Shown: piece after piece, positions 40,116-53,860 of the stretch | Layout: each line of letters starts with the position of its first letter | Numbering within the stretch: position 1 is the first letter of the stretch | DNA from: Camelus dromedarius | Taxonomy: Eukaryota | Reading direction: 5' to 3' | Assembly: GCF_036321535.1 (NCBI RefSeq) | Contig: NC_087437.1 | Location: 25,546,001 to 25,610,000, forward strand | Length of the DNA stretch: 64,000 nt | Program-made: the position numbers and the translations under genes | The notes under the pieces: model-generated | Seen by the model: the letters and a program-made list of their open reading frames with translations, nothing else | Database searches by the model: none | What the model was told of the DNA's origin: nothing

Positions 40116-40139
40116 AGGAAAGAGAAAGAAAGAGAGAAA

Positions 40140-40198
<59 letters not shown>

Positions 40199-40220
40199 AA
40201 GAAAGAAAGGAAGAAAGAAA

Positions 40221-40278
<58 letters not shown>

Positions 40279-40375
40279 AGGAAAGAAAGAAAGAAGGAAA
40301 GAAAGAAAGAAAGAGAAAGAAAGAAAGAAAGGGAAAGAAAGAAAGAGAAAAAGAAAGAAAGAAAGGGAAAGAAAG

Positions 40376-40430
<55 letters not shown>

Positions 40431-40439
40431 GAGAAAGAG

Positions 40440-40482
<43 letters not shown>

Positions 40483-40579
40483 AGGAAAGAAAGAAAGAAG
40501 GAAAGAAAGAAAGAAAGAGAAAGAAAGAAAGAAAGGGAAAGAAAGAAAGAGAAAAAGAAAGAAAGAAAGGGAAAGAAAG

Positions 40580-40622
<43 letters not shown>

Positions 40623-40739
40623 GAGAAAGAGAGAAAGAAAGGGAGAAAGAGAAAGAAGAGAGAGAAAGAGAGAAAGAAAGAGAGAAAGAAAGAGAGAGAA
40701 AGGAAGGAAGGAAGGAAGGAAGGAAGGAAGGAAGGAAAA
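40116..40739. repeat. 624-bp purine-only compound microsatellite (GA)n/(GAAA)n/(GGAA)9
   Basis: I found no C or T on the + strand between 40116 and 40739. Confidence 0.97.
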
Positions 40740-41091
40740 TCTTCTTTCTTAGGTTTGTTTTTAAGAACCAGGGGCGCTGTCAAGGAATGCAAAGTAACTC
40801 CTACTAAAACAAGCAGTAGATAAATGTGGTGTGGCCACCATAAGCCAACCTTGTGTTTGTAGCAGACTGAAAGTTCCCACCTGACTCACGGCAAATTTAT
40901 TCAGCTGCTTAAGATTATTTTTTACTCATACTTTGAAAGAACAACAGCTTGGTATTTTTAGCCTTTTAATGGCAAGAGAAAGCGCTTACCAATGATAAAC
41001 TTTTTTTTTAATCTCTCATGCTTTTTTCACCCATGGCCAAATCAGCACTTGCCTAACATTCAAAAAATTATAGTAAAGATTCAAATAAAAC

Positions 41092-41320
41092 ACATTTATT
41101 AAACACTTGCTATTTGAAAGATAGGCCCAGTGCTTTCCAGTTATCTCATTTAATTCCCACAACAATTAAGTGCAATAAGAATCATTGCTCCCACTTCTTA
41201 CAGATGGGGAAACTGAGGCTTATGTTCAGAGAAAGGGGGTGAATTATCTAGAGCCACACAGATTTGTAAGTGGCAAAGGAAGATTCCATTAGAAGCACTT
41301 TGACTCCAAATTCCATCTTT
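41092..41320 (-). mobile_element. MIR SINE
   Basis: acatttattaaacacttgcta...ttatctcatttaattcccacaac...tacagatggggaaactgaggc. Confidence 0.85.
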
Positions 41321-41959
41321 TTTCTCCCAAGAGGAAATGGTGTTGTGGAATTCACGTAAACCACAGAGCCTGAGTAAAAGCGATGGCGAGACCCAGAAAT
41401 AGAGAGAGGTGGGTCCTCCTGTGTTTTTAATCCATATCCTACCTGCCTATAACCCTACTGGGAGAAGCAGCAGGATAAACGAAAAGCAGCTGCATCCCGG
41501 GACTCACAGTTTTGGTGTCCTAGTAGATCACATCTCTCTCTTTAAGCTCCTCACCAAAATAGCAGCCTTTCAAGCTTCAAAGAGAAAAGCAGCCTACTCT
41601 TTCCCACTTCTTTATCATCAATCTAAGGTGATGCCAATCATAAAGAGTTCCATTTTCTCTCTTCTCAAGAACCAAGTTTCCCTAAGAAAGCCTATGAGTG
41701 GCAACAGTGCAGGCCAGTACTGCCTGTGTCACTCTCCCATCTAGCACACATTCAGACCCCACACCCCTGCCCAGAAGGTTGTGCACTGTCTATAAATTTA
41801 CAAGAGCAGTTGCCCATAGATGAAGCTGCAGGCACCTAGAAGAAGAGGAAGGTTCAAGTGATGACACTATCTACTCCACCTTAGCTGGCTAAATGGTTGC
41901 CTGGAAGTTTTAACCACTCTGTTTCCCATACATCCTCTACAGTCCAAGTACCATGTCTA

Positions 41960-42190
41960 GGAAACATCCCTGATCACTCCTGGACATCCCCCCACCAAGC
42001 TGGGTCAGTGATAAATCCAGAACATTCTATATGCCTCTGGTATGGTATGGTATGATATGGTATTCACCACGCTGGAGACAATTCTGTCTTCAGGGCTTCT
42101 GTTCCCCTAGCAAGACTCAAATGGCTCACTTGCACTGAAGACCCCAACATACAGTAGGTGTTTAGTGAATATGGGATGAATGGATGACTG
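41960..42190 (+). mobile_element. L2 3' end remnant
   Basis: ggaaacatccctgatcactcc...acatacagtaggtgtttagtgaatatgggatgaatggatga. Confidence 0.55.
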
Positions 42191-43442
42191 CCTGCTGAAT
42201 GCACTGTTTGCATCTCTGCTTCCTTGTGCTTGCTCCTCTATTTTCATCACCTAAAATTCCTCTCCCCTCTCTCCTTGCTAGGTAGGAAGTCTTGGTCATT
42301 ACTTATACAGACATTTATGAAAAATTTTCTTCCAATTAGTATATTCAATGCTATGCCCAGAGTTTCTCAAGTAATATATTTGTTAAAATAATAGATGCTT
42401 CACTCAGAGTTCCAGAGCTGTTCCTCTAGCTGTCCAGAGCAACCTCTTACGTATTAAATATTAGTCATTATGAATCAATGGAAACAAAACGAGGCTGACC
42501 TTGGAATGTGAAGGAATCAGAGTCCAAAACTATGTTTACAAATTGGTCCTTTCAAATGTAAATTTTCCACAGAAATTCTTTTATAAATGCCGGTCACACT
42601 TCCAGCCTCGTCAATAAAATTTTATTCCCTCTAGACACAAAATTAATGAAACCACTGTGAGTTGTGTGCCCTCAAAGTAAGGTCAAGAGAGGAAAGAGGA
42701 AAGAGAGGAGAATTTCCTGCCTGCTCTCGGCCATCCAAGCTCAAGGCACCCAAGGGATCCTAATGCATCCAGTTTATTCCTTCCTCACTTTTAGCGCCTT
42801 GTGCCTAAGCTGCCGCAAATGTTCAACTCTGCTCTAGTTTTCAGTTACGGAGTTCAACCCAGGCCACTTTTAATCTTTGAGATTCTTTACCCTTGACATT
42901 TCCAATTTTTTCCTAGGCAAAATCCAACTTATTTCAACTAAATGTTAGAAGGAGAGCAAATAAGTAAAGTAATCCACACTAAGTTGTAAATGCCTGCTAG
43001 CCCATAAACTTTTTATGAAGCATTTTGTTTTTAATAGAGAATATTTGTTTACCTAAATGAATTTATACCCCTAAGTTGGCATAATTTCAGTAACTATGAT
43101 TAAAAAAAAAACTGAAAAATCAGGAAAGTGTAGAGAAATCCTTCTGGGTGAGAAAGAAATAGGTCAAACCTCCCTGAGAGTCTAGCCCTAGTTTCTGTTA
43201 AATTATTCCTTCTTTCCATCTTCTGTTTGGTCAACTACAGATTTCTAGAAGTGCCAAGGGTTTTCTGGTCAGGTTGGTTTGGTTGGGGGTGGGTTTGGGT
43301 TTGGGTTCTGGCTAATTACCCAAGGTTGGGCCCAGGTTGACATTGTTTTCTGTCAGATTCTTAAGGGAGCAGAATGTAATTTGATTTCATTTGCCCCTAG
43401 AAAGTAATCTCAATACTCTGCTTATAGCTTTGTTGTATACTG

Positions 43443-43710
43443 TTCACTCATTCATTTGTCCACTCACTCTCTTATTCATCAGACATTTATCATCTGCCTC
43501 CTGGAATGTGCCAGGGCCTACACTAGTAAACAAGATGACTTGAAACAGGCCTTACCTCAAGCAGCTGTCACACAAGTGGAAAAGACAGATATGTCAACAG
43601 ACCATTATAATATATAGGTCAAAACCTACACCCAGAGTGCCAAGGCAGCTCAGAAAATGGAACAGACAAGTCAGGAAGGCTCCACAGAGGATGTGACGTT
43701 TGCCTGTTTG
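43443..43710 (-). mobile_element. L2 3' end remnant
   Basis: ttcactcattcatt...acatttatcat...tgtgccagggcc...gtcaggaaggctccacagaggatgtgac. Confidence 0.65.
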
Positions 43711-45257
43711 TGGATGCTAATGCTCCCATGAAAGAAAAGGGAAGAAAGGGGTTTCAATTATATAGTTCAGAGTACAAAAGGAGAAGATAATGAGGACATA
43801 GAGCCAAAAACTTGGGTAGGGAGAATAACTGCCTCCTTCCGAGAGGCAAAGAGGCCACATATGAACCCCTTTTTCCCAGTGTTGTCTCTTAAAACCTGGC
43901 TACTTACATCTCTTCCCTTTCCTAGCACCACTTTGCACGAAGATGGACACTGTCTTAGGCACACATGTTCATCCAGCTCTTCCGGGTGCCAAGCACAGCT
44001 ATCCTGGGCAGACTAGTAGTTCTATTCCTGTTCTTCTTCTTGCCCAGGACACTTTGCTAAAAGGGGGATGCACAACCTTGCTCATCTAGGGACCTGCTCC
44101 TGGCGGAGCAATAGGATCTTTACCCAGCATCACTACTCTTCATAGCCGACCTCGCCTAGACCCAGTGCTGGCCGTCACCTCAGAGCAAGTCTGTGCCACG
44201 TCCTGCCATGTTACCCTCACAGCATCTTCAGCCTCCCTCCCAAGGATTTTCTGATGGACTCCTGTCTAGGGAAGAATATGTGGCTTTCTAAATCACATAA
44301 ATGAATAGCTTGATTGCTGATTATGTAAAATATTGGAGCAAATATTTGCAGAAGTCAGAGCTCATTCCTGAGCATCTGATTGTTCCTAAAATCCTAAAGA
44401 ACTGCTGCTGTCTTGAGTCCCCCAAAATACATGTTTTATTGATAATCCTGGCCTAATCCATTCACTTGACATCCTTGTTAGACAAACGGTCAATCTCAGA
44501 GTTAACTCCAGAAATGGTTTGTATGCACAGAAGTTAGGAGATTCTGGCCTTTTTGCTAGACTGAGTTGGAACTTAAAGAATAAGTGGTGACTGCCAGTAG
44601 TGACCTGGAAAACCATGTAGAGAGTGCTGTTCCCCAAAGTCTTGAGCCCACCCTATTATTCCCTCTTAAATCAATTCCCACAATGACCAATTCCTCAGTA
44701 ACCTAGAGGCAGCTATTCAAATCACTTAAGGGAGGATGCTAATAATTTTTATACCCAAGACTGTGAGATAAAAGAAGTGGCTTAAAGGATAAGATATGGA
44801 TATGTCTCTCTTCTGAGATGAAAGACTAATTAGCCTTGCTTATCTCAGGAAAAACTCAAGTCTTTCTGAACAACTAATTTAATTCAGTGGTATTCTCTAA
44901 GATTTAGATTATGTTTTTTAATCAATTTGGAAGTTAGACTTTACTTCTAGAAAAAATGCAAAGGACCTAGATAAGTTTATTCACAAAGGACCCCACTTCT
45001 ATTTGTCTGCAGGATATTTATCACTTCTTAGAAAAGCAATATGTTCCAAAACTTAATTTAAATGTGCAATCTTAGATTTTACCAGTTCAGTTTTTCTCCA
45101 GAAAATGTGGTCTAATTTTTTTTCCTAAGACTAAAGTTGAGTTACTGTATTATGATTGAGAAACGAAACCATTTGTTTACATCTGGAATTTAATATTTTT
45201 TTTTGTCTTTTCATTTTTATTTTCTTTAGGTGCATTTGGCAAAGTGACTGAAACTAA

Positions 45258-46355
<1,098 letters not shown>

Positions 46356-47211
46356 TCCACCCCGAAACCTGTCTGTGAAGTCATCTTGTGAAAGAAGGAG
46401 AAAGAGAAACATTCCTCTACAACATTTCAGTACCAAAACATGGGCTACTTTCCAGAATTTAAGAAGAAAATGGATTGTGTGGACTGAACTGACTTTTCTA
46501 AAGCTCTGAACAAAAGCTTTTCTTTCCCTTTGCAACTAAACAAAGCAAAGCCCCATTTTGCATTAGATAGAGGATGTTTGCTCAAAGAACGATGTCAGAA
46601 ACTGAATAAATGTGTTGATTTGGAAAATTTTCCTAGTAGAAATGCCATCCCCCTCAGTCTGCTCTTGTTCTGTTATTCTTGATTTCCATATAAAGGTACT
46701 TAGAATATGTTAAACCTTGAGAGGAGCAACAGGAGATCGGAGCTCAAGATCGCTCTGCCCACCTTCCAAAGGGCAGTAAAGCTTTTCTGCCTATTTTGCT
46801 ATTAGCAACTGTGAGCCACCTGTACCTGCTACTGCACATTTTGTGCAAAGACTTGCTAAGCAGTAGTTGTCAGGTTTCAGAAACTTCTGTGAAATTCAAC
46901 CAGTGTCTTCTAGATTCACACTGCCAAAACATGCCAGCTAAATGACCTATTTGTTTAATGACATTACTGAAGTCACGTATAAAAATTAAAATACTTGTGA
47001 AGGTGTTAATCTGGTCCCAGGTAGTAGTGTCTTCCTAGTCATATTAGTTTTATTTTGTATCTGAGAAGTATATATATTTTGTGGTAAAAAGATTATATAT
47101 CATAAAGTATGTCTTATTGTTTTAAAAAGTACATATTCTACCTATATATGTAAATGTATATGTACATCTCTAAACTGTTACTTTATTGAAATCTGGCAAA
47201 GTTACATTCAC

Positions 47212-47217
47212 ATTAAA
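47212..47217 (+). terminator. Probable AGTR1 polyadenylation signal (ATTAAA)
   Basis: ATTAAA at the position matching the recalled mammalian AGTR1 mRNA 3' end. Alternatives are AATAAA at 46605-46610 and 47413-47418. Confidence 0.55.
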
Positions 47218-47519
47218 ATAACGTTATTATAATGCATTTTAGCTTCATTACTTAAATAGATGCTGATTTATCTTTAAAACAACTGTGAACAAATATAAAC
47301 ATATTTCCATTTAAATTTTGATACAAATGATAGCTTAATACTGTTGGTTATAGGTTTTATATCCTGCCATTGAAAACATAAGGAACACATTTTGTTCCAC
47401 CGCACAACATGGAATAAATACATCATTTTGAATTTTCCAAAGTTTTTCATGCAACAAAGAAAAATTTCATTCCTTATAACATTAAAATAATACATTATTT
47501 TACACAAAATTTTTAATAA

Positions 47520-48080
47520 TAGGATTTTTCTAATGGCATATATGATCATTGTAGGAAATATGGAATATATAGGGAAGCATTTTTTAGAGGCTTATTTAGT
47601 TCTCCTGCTCAAAAACCAGCATTTTTAACATTTGGGTGCATTTTCTTCCACTTTTCTTTTATTCATTATACACACTTACATGTATAAATCATGATATTGG
47701 AGTCATAATGTGTATAGTACTTTGTATACAAATTTTTCACTTAACATCATAGCATAGTAGTTTGCAACACCATTAAATGTTTTTCTAAAACATTTTAATA
47801 ATTGCATAACATTGCAAAATACAGACACATCATGATACACTTAGCTAGTATCCAGATTGGAATATTTAGCTTTTTTTCTGATTTTTTAAGCATCATAAAT
47901 TGTACTGTACTGTGCATGAACATTCAAGTACATGAATCTGATAAATCCCCTCAGGATACACTCCCCAATGGTACAACTGAGTATACAGATATGAACATTT
48001 TTAATATTCTTAACACTTATTGCCAAATACTCTCCAGAAAACTTACAATTTACCATACTACCAACTATGTATGACCATAT
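47520..48080 (-). mobile_element. Old L1 (L1ME-type) 3' end remnant downstream of the gene
   Basis: tttttcacttaacatcatagcat...gcatgaacattcaagtacatgaatct...ttattgccaaatactctccagaaa...taccataCtaccaactatgtatga. Confidence 0.6.
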
Positions 48081-50089
48081 CTCACCACAGCCTCAGCAGC
48101 ATGGAATATTTACTAGATTTAAGCAGAGAAGGAAATTTTACTGTAAGGATCCAGGTGCCACATGCAAGAGCAGGGATGCAACTGCACTGAGGAAAGAACT
48201 GCAGTGTTTCTGCTCCCCTTGACAGCTGCCTCATGCTAGAGGCTTTTGCTGCTTTGGAGTCCACACAGAGCAGGTGGAAGCACTCATCTGAATCAATAAA
48301 CAGTGGCCAAGGCTTGGGGTGATGCATGAAGAGCTGATGGGAGGCGTGGGGAGGGAGGGGTACGTTCAGATAGGCCTTGGTGGGCTGGGCAGAATCTCCA
48401 CAAAGCAGCCTGTGACGTTAACATTCCCAAGGAGAGTTATTTTGTGAATAGATGTGGTCACATATGCCTCATTTGCCTTTTATTATGTTTTTAACTTCAC
48501 TGATAGAATGCCAGCCACTATCTCCAAAGATCCTTTACTATTTTCACAGAGAATAACTTCTAAAAAAATAAGTTCTAGATCATCTCAAGTTATAGTGTAA
48601 ACTCACCCTATTAGAAATCCCTCCGAGGCAAGTGTATAACAGTTTATTTTTTATTCCATAGTCATCTTAAGCCAAGAGATTACACGTACTCCAAACTCAG
48701 CAAAATATTTGATAAGTTACAGTTGATAAGATTTCCAGGAGATAATTAGATACCCACTATCTTGTGTATTTATTAACTGATGTGAATAACAAGTTTCAAG
48801 GCTTGTTTTCATTTTAATTTCATTAAATTATACTGTGATTTTTCCCCATCACACTTGTGAAATAAGATATTAATAAGTTAATGATTAATCTTGCTTTTTC
48901 AGTGAGGCCAACTTAATATTGAAGTTGAGACTACTTACCAAATGTTAGGATGGTATGCCATTATTTAGCCTTCATGAACATAGTTAGATGTTAGGTGGAT
49001 TCTTTATTTTTTGGAATATTTTTTAAATTTATGCAGAAAGGAATATTTACCATGAGGTTTTAGGTGTCTAACAGAACTCAAAGGCTGTATGTATGTATAT
49101 ATATTCTGATTTACATTCCAATTCTTGTTTCCCCCATGAAAGTCACCTTTTCAGTCAATAATTCATTAATTCATGAATTCTAAAAATTTTGTATTTTTAA
49201 CTATTCTGTGCTGGAGGACTACAGCTATGTAACAGTTAGCTTAAAATGCACAGTAAATGTCTCAAACAGCTGCTGTGGGGAGTATTAAAGAGAGTCAGGT
49301 AAGAAGTAGCTTGATTGCCAATCCATGGAAAGGCTCGCAAAGGTTTGATGCCACAGATTTTCATTTTCATAACTCTGTATACTGGGCCAATTTTCTTCCA
49401 ACAATATGTGCCAACCTGGGGGACCAAAGAAGAGAAAATAGATCCAGACAGGTCACAAAAATGAAGTGAAGTGAGTGAAGGAAAGGTGTGGAGTGGAATT
49501 TTGAATACCGGTATGAAGGGTGGTTTCCCTGAGAGCTGCGAAGAAAGTAACTCAGGAGTAGATGAGATACAGGAAAGAATAAGGAGTGGCTGAGGCCTGG
49601 AGGCAGCCATGCCCTGCCTCAAAGGTCAGTGTGAAACCCTCCTGGAGAGCTGCATGCAGAGGCTTAGGGCCCCAAGGCCATATCGGATCCACTGGACCAA
49701 GACCAACTAGAGGAAGAAGGAACTTAAATATCAGGGAGGGAAGCTAGTTATAAACAGTAGACGGTGGTATGGGGCAAAACTCAACAGTATGATTTTTATA
49801 TATTTCAGGCTGCATTTTGGGAAAGAAAAAGTCCTCTGAAGAGCCATCCATACTGGAGGTTTTGATGAGACCAAAGAATAAATATAAACAGAATAAGGAA
49901 ATTGAAAAGGCAGAATACTGGAGCTGATGCTCAGAGAGTCATTTTCCAAATTTAAAAATCTGATTGAATCAGTTAAAATATGACACCTGTCTGATGTATT
50001 TGTATAGTGGACACTTGTGGACCTATCTGCACAGTGTCCCTTCTCCCTTATCATGAGAATTTCCCAACTCATCCAAGAACAGGACCACC

Positions 50090-50410
50090 CCAGAAGGAGC
50101 CATTCAATTAATCCATTCAGGCTTGAAGTGAACCAGTCACAGCTTTTTTCCTAAGGATTTTTCAAACAGATACTGATGAAGAGCTGTCCCATCCCCAGTG
50201 CTGGAAGTTGCTGGGAGAGAAGTTGTGAGATATATGCTGGGGATCTATTAACAGCCATGTCTCCACTCTGGAGAAATCTGGTCTGCACTGAGAGTGCAGT
50301 TAACAGAAAAGACAAGAAAGTCCTGGAGATACCTGAGTCCTTGATTCTCTCAGTGTCTGATGCCCAGCTATATCCCTGTCCACCTTATACTCAGAACCAG
50401 CATCCATTTC
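50090..50410. mobile_element. Possible ancient ERVL-type LTR remnant (LTR16/LTR33-like)
   Basis: gaaccagtcacagc...ctaaggatttttcaaac...cagccatgtctccac...tgcccagctatatccctg resembles LTR16/33 as recalled. Confidence 0.4.
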
Positions 50411-51989
50411 TTAATCAGGGGACAGACTATAATGACCTGTAGCTGAGATCTGCATGTGTTCCTTCCTGCTTGACCAATACGAATTGCCTTTCTATAGCAG
50501 CCACCACATCAAGAATTGACCATCTAGCAGGAAGAGTAGCAGTCAAGGTCCACAAATACCTTGATCTCTATTTTAATAAGGGATCATGTGGACTGTCCTC
50601 CTTTCACAAGTCTCCTTATGAAAGGTTGAGGACCAGGACATCCAGTAGTGTATGTGTGTTAGAGGGGAAGAGGTGTACTGATACAGAGGGACCTCTATTT
50701 AGATGGGACAAAGGATACTACAGTACCTACCATTGTAAATTATTATAAACTGAGGTCGCCTCCTGAGGCGGCATACTGGTAAAACACTCTGAAGCATAAT
50801 ATAAGGAGAGAGGAAATGAGCACCCCAAACCCCCTGAGAACTCAAATATATGACCTACATCTGCCTGGACCCTCCCCTTCTACCCAAGGCCTGGTGTTCT
50901 CCAGATCTCATAGAGCCTGCAATTACTTCATCCTACCCTGCCCAAACCCAACAGAAAAGGCCTTCGTTCAACAAGTCCACCAATCTTACTTGAGAAATGA
51001 GGTAACTGAGGTCCAAACAAATGAATCTTTATAATCAGAAAGAGACAGAATTAGAGTATCATCTTTTTTCCAAAAGACAATAACTTAGAATGAAAGAATT
51101 TAGCTATATGAATATTTAATTCCAAATCACTCATATACAAAGAAGCTTTCTGTAATAACCCTCTAAAAGTTTAAATACCCTGAGGTTTGCCCTTCAAGCA
51201 GCATGATAGGAAAATATTTATCTATGTGCTCAAGAGATGTAAATTTGATGAATAAATGATGTTCATTTTGAAACTATTAAAAGCCAGTTTTCTATTATGA
51301 TTACTTTGCTTTAAATATCAAAATGATGATAAGCCAAATATGCCCCTGGGCCCATTTCTTGATTCTTTCCATGTCTTACAAAGCTTATTTTGAAAAACTG
51401 AACAAGATGAGAAATAAGAATCCTGGCTGAACGTCCCAGTGAGCAGGGATATATCTCACAGAACTCCTTTCCAAGCCTGATGAAATTCCACTATGCCATA
51501 TTGGCACACAAAGTTGCTAACTGGTAATCTGCAGAAAATAAGCTTCAATTCTGCAAAATGGAAGACAGAAAACAGGCTGGTGTTAACCAACAGGGAAAAG
51601 CCCTCATAGACTTCACTACAGAGAGGAGAGTATCATACATGCAGACTCCTGAGCAAAAGTGCTGTGAATCAGCCAGCACCGTGTGATGGAAGAACCCCAG
51701 AAGTGGATTTGTTTTGACCAGTGGAATTCTCCTGGCCATTGCTGTCACAGAGAAGTTTCTAAGTAGTACTGAATAGACACAAAGAAAAGTAGATTAGACA
51801 GAGGGTAGGCAGGCATTTCTCTAAAGATACACCTCAATTTTAATCACTGGAAACATGCAACAACAGAGAGAGAGAGAGAGAGAGAAGGATCCCCTAACAT
51901 ATAATCTGATTCCCTTACAAATAACAACTGCTATTTTCATTAATTCACATAGCAAATGGAGAGTAGAAAAAAAAATCTTTCCACTGATA

Positions 51990-52560
51990 TCACTGTATAG
52001 TTGTTCCTTGAGTCCCCCATCTGTTCCACCTTCTTCTCGAAATAGCCCCCTATTTCCATTTTGGTCCCCACTCCTCACATTTAGTGCAGAGTCTAGGTGG
52101 GGCTCTACCCCTATTGCCAACACACCCAATGGGAAATGTGAGGAGATCTAAGTAAATCAGCCCATATATTTCTCTGACTGCAATGGGATGGGCACATAAC
52201 CTAAAGCGGCCCAATCAAGATGAATTTCCTTATTTTGCCAGGAGCCACCAGACAAAATGCTCGTTCTTTCTCATTACATAGAAGTTAAGCAGATGTGAAG
52301 AACAGATGCAGCATTTGGTCACTCCAAAGGGAGAGGCAGGAATTTTCTGGAGTTTTCAAAGGAAGCAAAAGAATAAAGCCAACACATGAGACCAAAATTG
52401 TGAAAGGCTGGACCAAGAATTGGAGAGGAATCAAGTCTCTATGACATCATTTGAGCACTGACTTTCTATGTCAGAAGCTAGCAGTACCTTCCAGGCTTCT
52501 CTTTTTTCTTAAGGTAATTGAGGATGAGTTTCTTATCAAAATTATCCAGTAAAACCCAAT
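51990..52560. mobile_element. Possible ancient ERVL-type LTR remnant (LTR16/LTR33-like)
   Basis: gggatgggcacataacctaaagcggcccaatcaag...tgacatcatttgagcactg...cttaaggtaattgaggatgagtttcttatc. Confidence 0.5.
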
Positions 52561-52574
52561 CTTCAGCAAAATCA

Positions 52575-52822
52575 TCATAGCTGACACTTATTAAATTCTT
52601 ATCAGAGGACAGTCAGAGTTCTCTGGTTATATTCATTATATTATGTAATCCTCATAACAACCAGCCTTATCAGTTCTATTATTATCCAATGGGACAAAAA
52701 GAGGCTTGGAGATTTTGTATAACTGGTCCAAGGTAACATGACTGGCAAATGCTAGAGCTGAAATCTGAACCCAGCCATTCTGACTCCAGATTCTGTGCTT
52801 TTATTTACTAAACTATGTTGCC
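52575..52822 (-). mobile_element. MIR SINE
   Basis: atagctgacacttatt...taatcctcataacaacc...ccaaggtaacatgactggcaaatgctagagctgaaatctgaacccag..ctgactccaga. Confidence 0.8.
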
Positions 52823-53699
52823 CCCTGCCAGAAAATAGCATCACAAAATATGAATCATGTAGACACCTTCCAAAATATTGTCCATGTCTACTTCAAAATA
52901 AACATGGGCATTATTTTGCTTTGTGTTAAACTCATACTTCTTCGATCTCAAGTGAGAATTTCAATAGTTGTTGTCCTTGAAAGTTGGGCTCATTAATGGG
53001 AAGTACTAATTGACCGTACACAGCATAGCACTGGATTTCACATTCATTGTAATTTGATTTTGGATGAGTTTATATTGGGTCTAGCAAATAAACCGGCTAT
53101 GACTGCTAAATGTCACAGTAATTAGTTCAATGCTCTGGTCCTTATGCAGCCAAGAATTTAGACAGTATTTACTAAATTAGAAAAGGAAGGAAATTCCTAA
53201 ATTAATTTTTATGTCAAATTTTATCTTCTTACAACCTAATGGAATGATGTTCTTTTGAGAAAACATTGTGGAGAAACTATATTACATTCTGAGAAATTTT
53301 CTTATAAGTTATACAGATCAGATGTGACAATAAATTTAGATGAAGAATATACCTGGAATAATGAAAGCAAAAGTGTGATTTATCTCAACCATGACCAGAG
53401 ACCAGAAGAATAAAGGCGATAAGGTAACAGCCATGAGTCCTAAGAAAAGTTCGTGTAGCGTCATTGAAAATCACCTCAAAATGGATACTATTCAAAACAA
53501 TGAGAGCTAAAAAGAGAGTTGCAACAGATCAGATAAAACATGCTCACCACTTCACAGTGCTTCCGGACGCAGAGCAGGTAGAAAGGAATGGTTACACAGG
53601 AAACATTTTTTAAAAACAAGGTGACTGAGCCATGGGCTGAGAGAATAACCATGACAGGATGAAAGTTCCAACAGCCAGTATGAATCAGAAAGTAGTAAT

Positions 53700-53860
53700 G
53701 GAAGAGATGGAACAAGATGGCACAGTAGGAAGATGTGGAACTCATCTCTCTCCAGGAACACATCAAAAATACATCTACATATGGAACAATTCTCACTAAA
53801 AACTAACTAGAAACTGTCATAAAGACTCCAACACAACCAAGGCTGTAAGAAAGAATCCCA
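53700..53860 (+). mobile_element. Isolated LINE-1 5'UTR start fragment
   Basis: caagatggcacagtaggaagatgtggaactcatctctctccaggaacacatcaaaaatacat, similar to 63412-63550 in this window. Confidence 0.65.

Noticed and set aside
40091..40792. 233-aa F/L/S-rich ORF on the minus strand
   Set aside because: It is the translation of the (CTTT)n microsatellite, which lacks stop codons by composition.
43673..43695. Possible orthologue of the small human ATG-containing exon (aaggctccacag)
   Set aside because: The short match lies inside an L2 remnant and has no acceptor or donor context.
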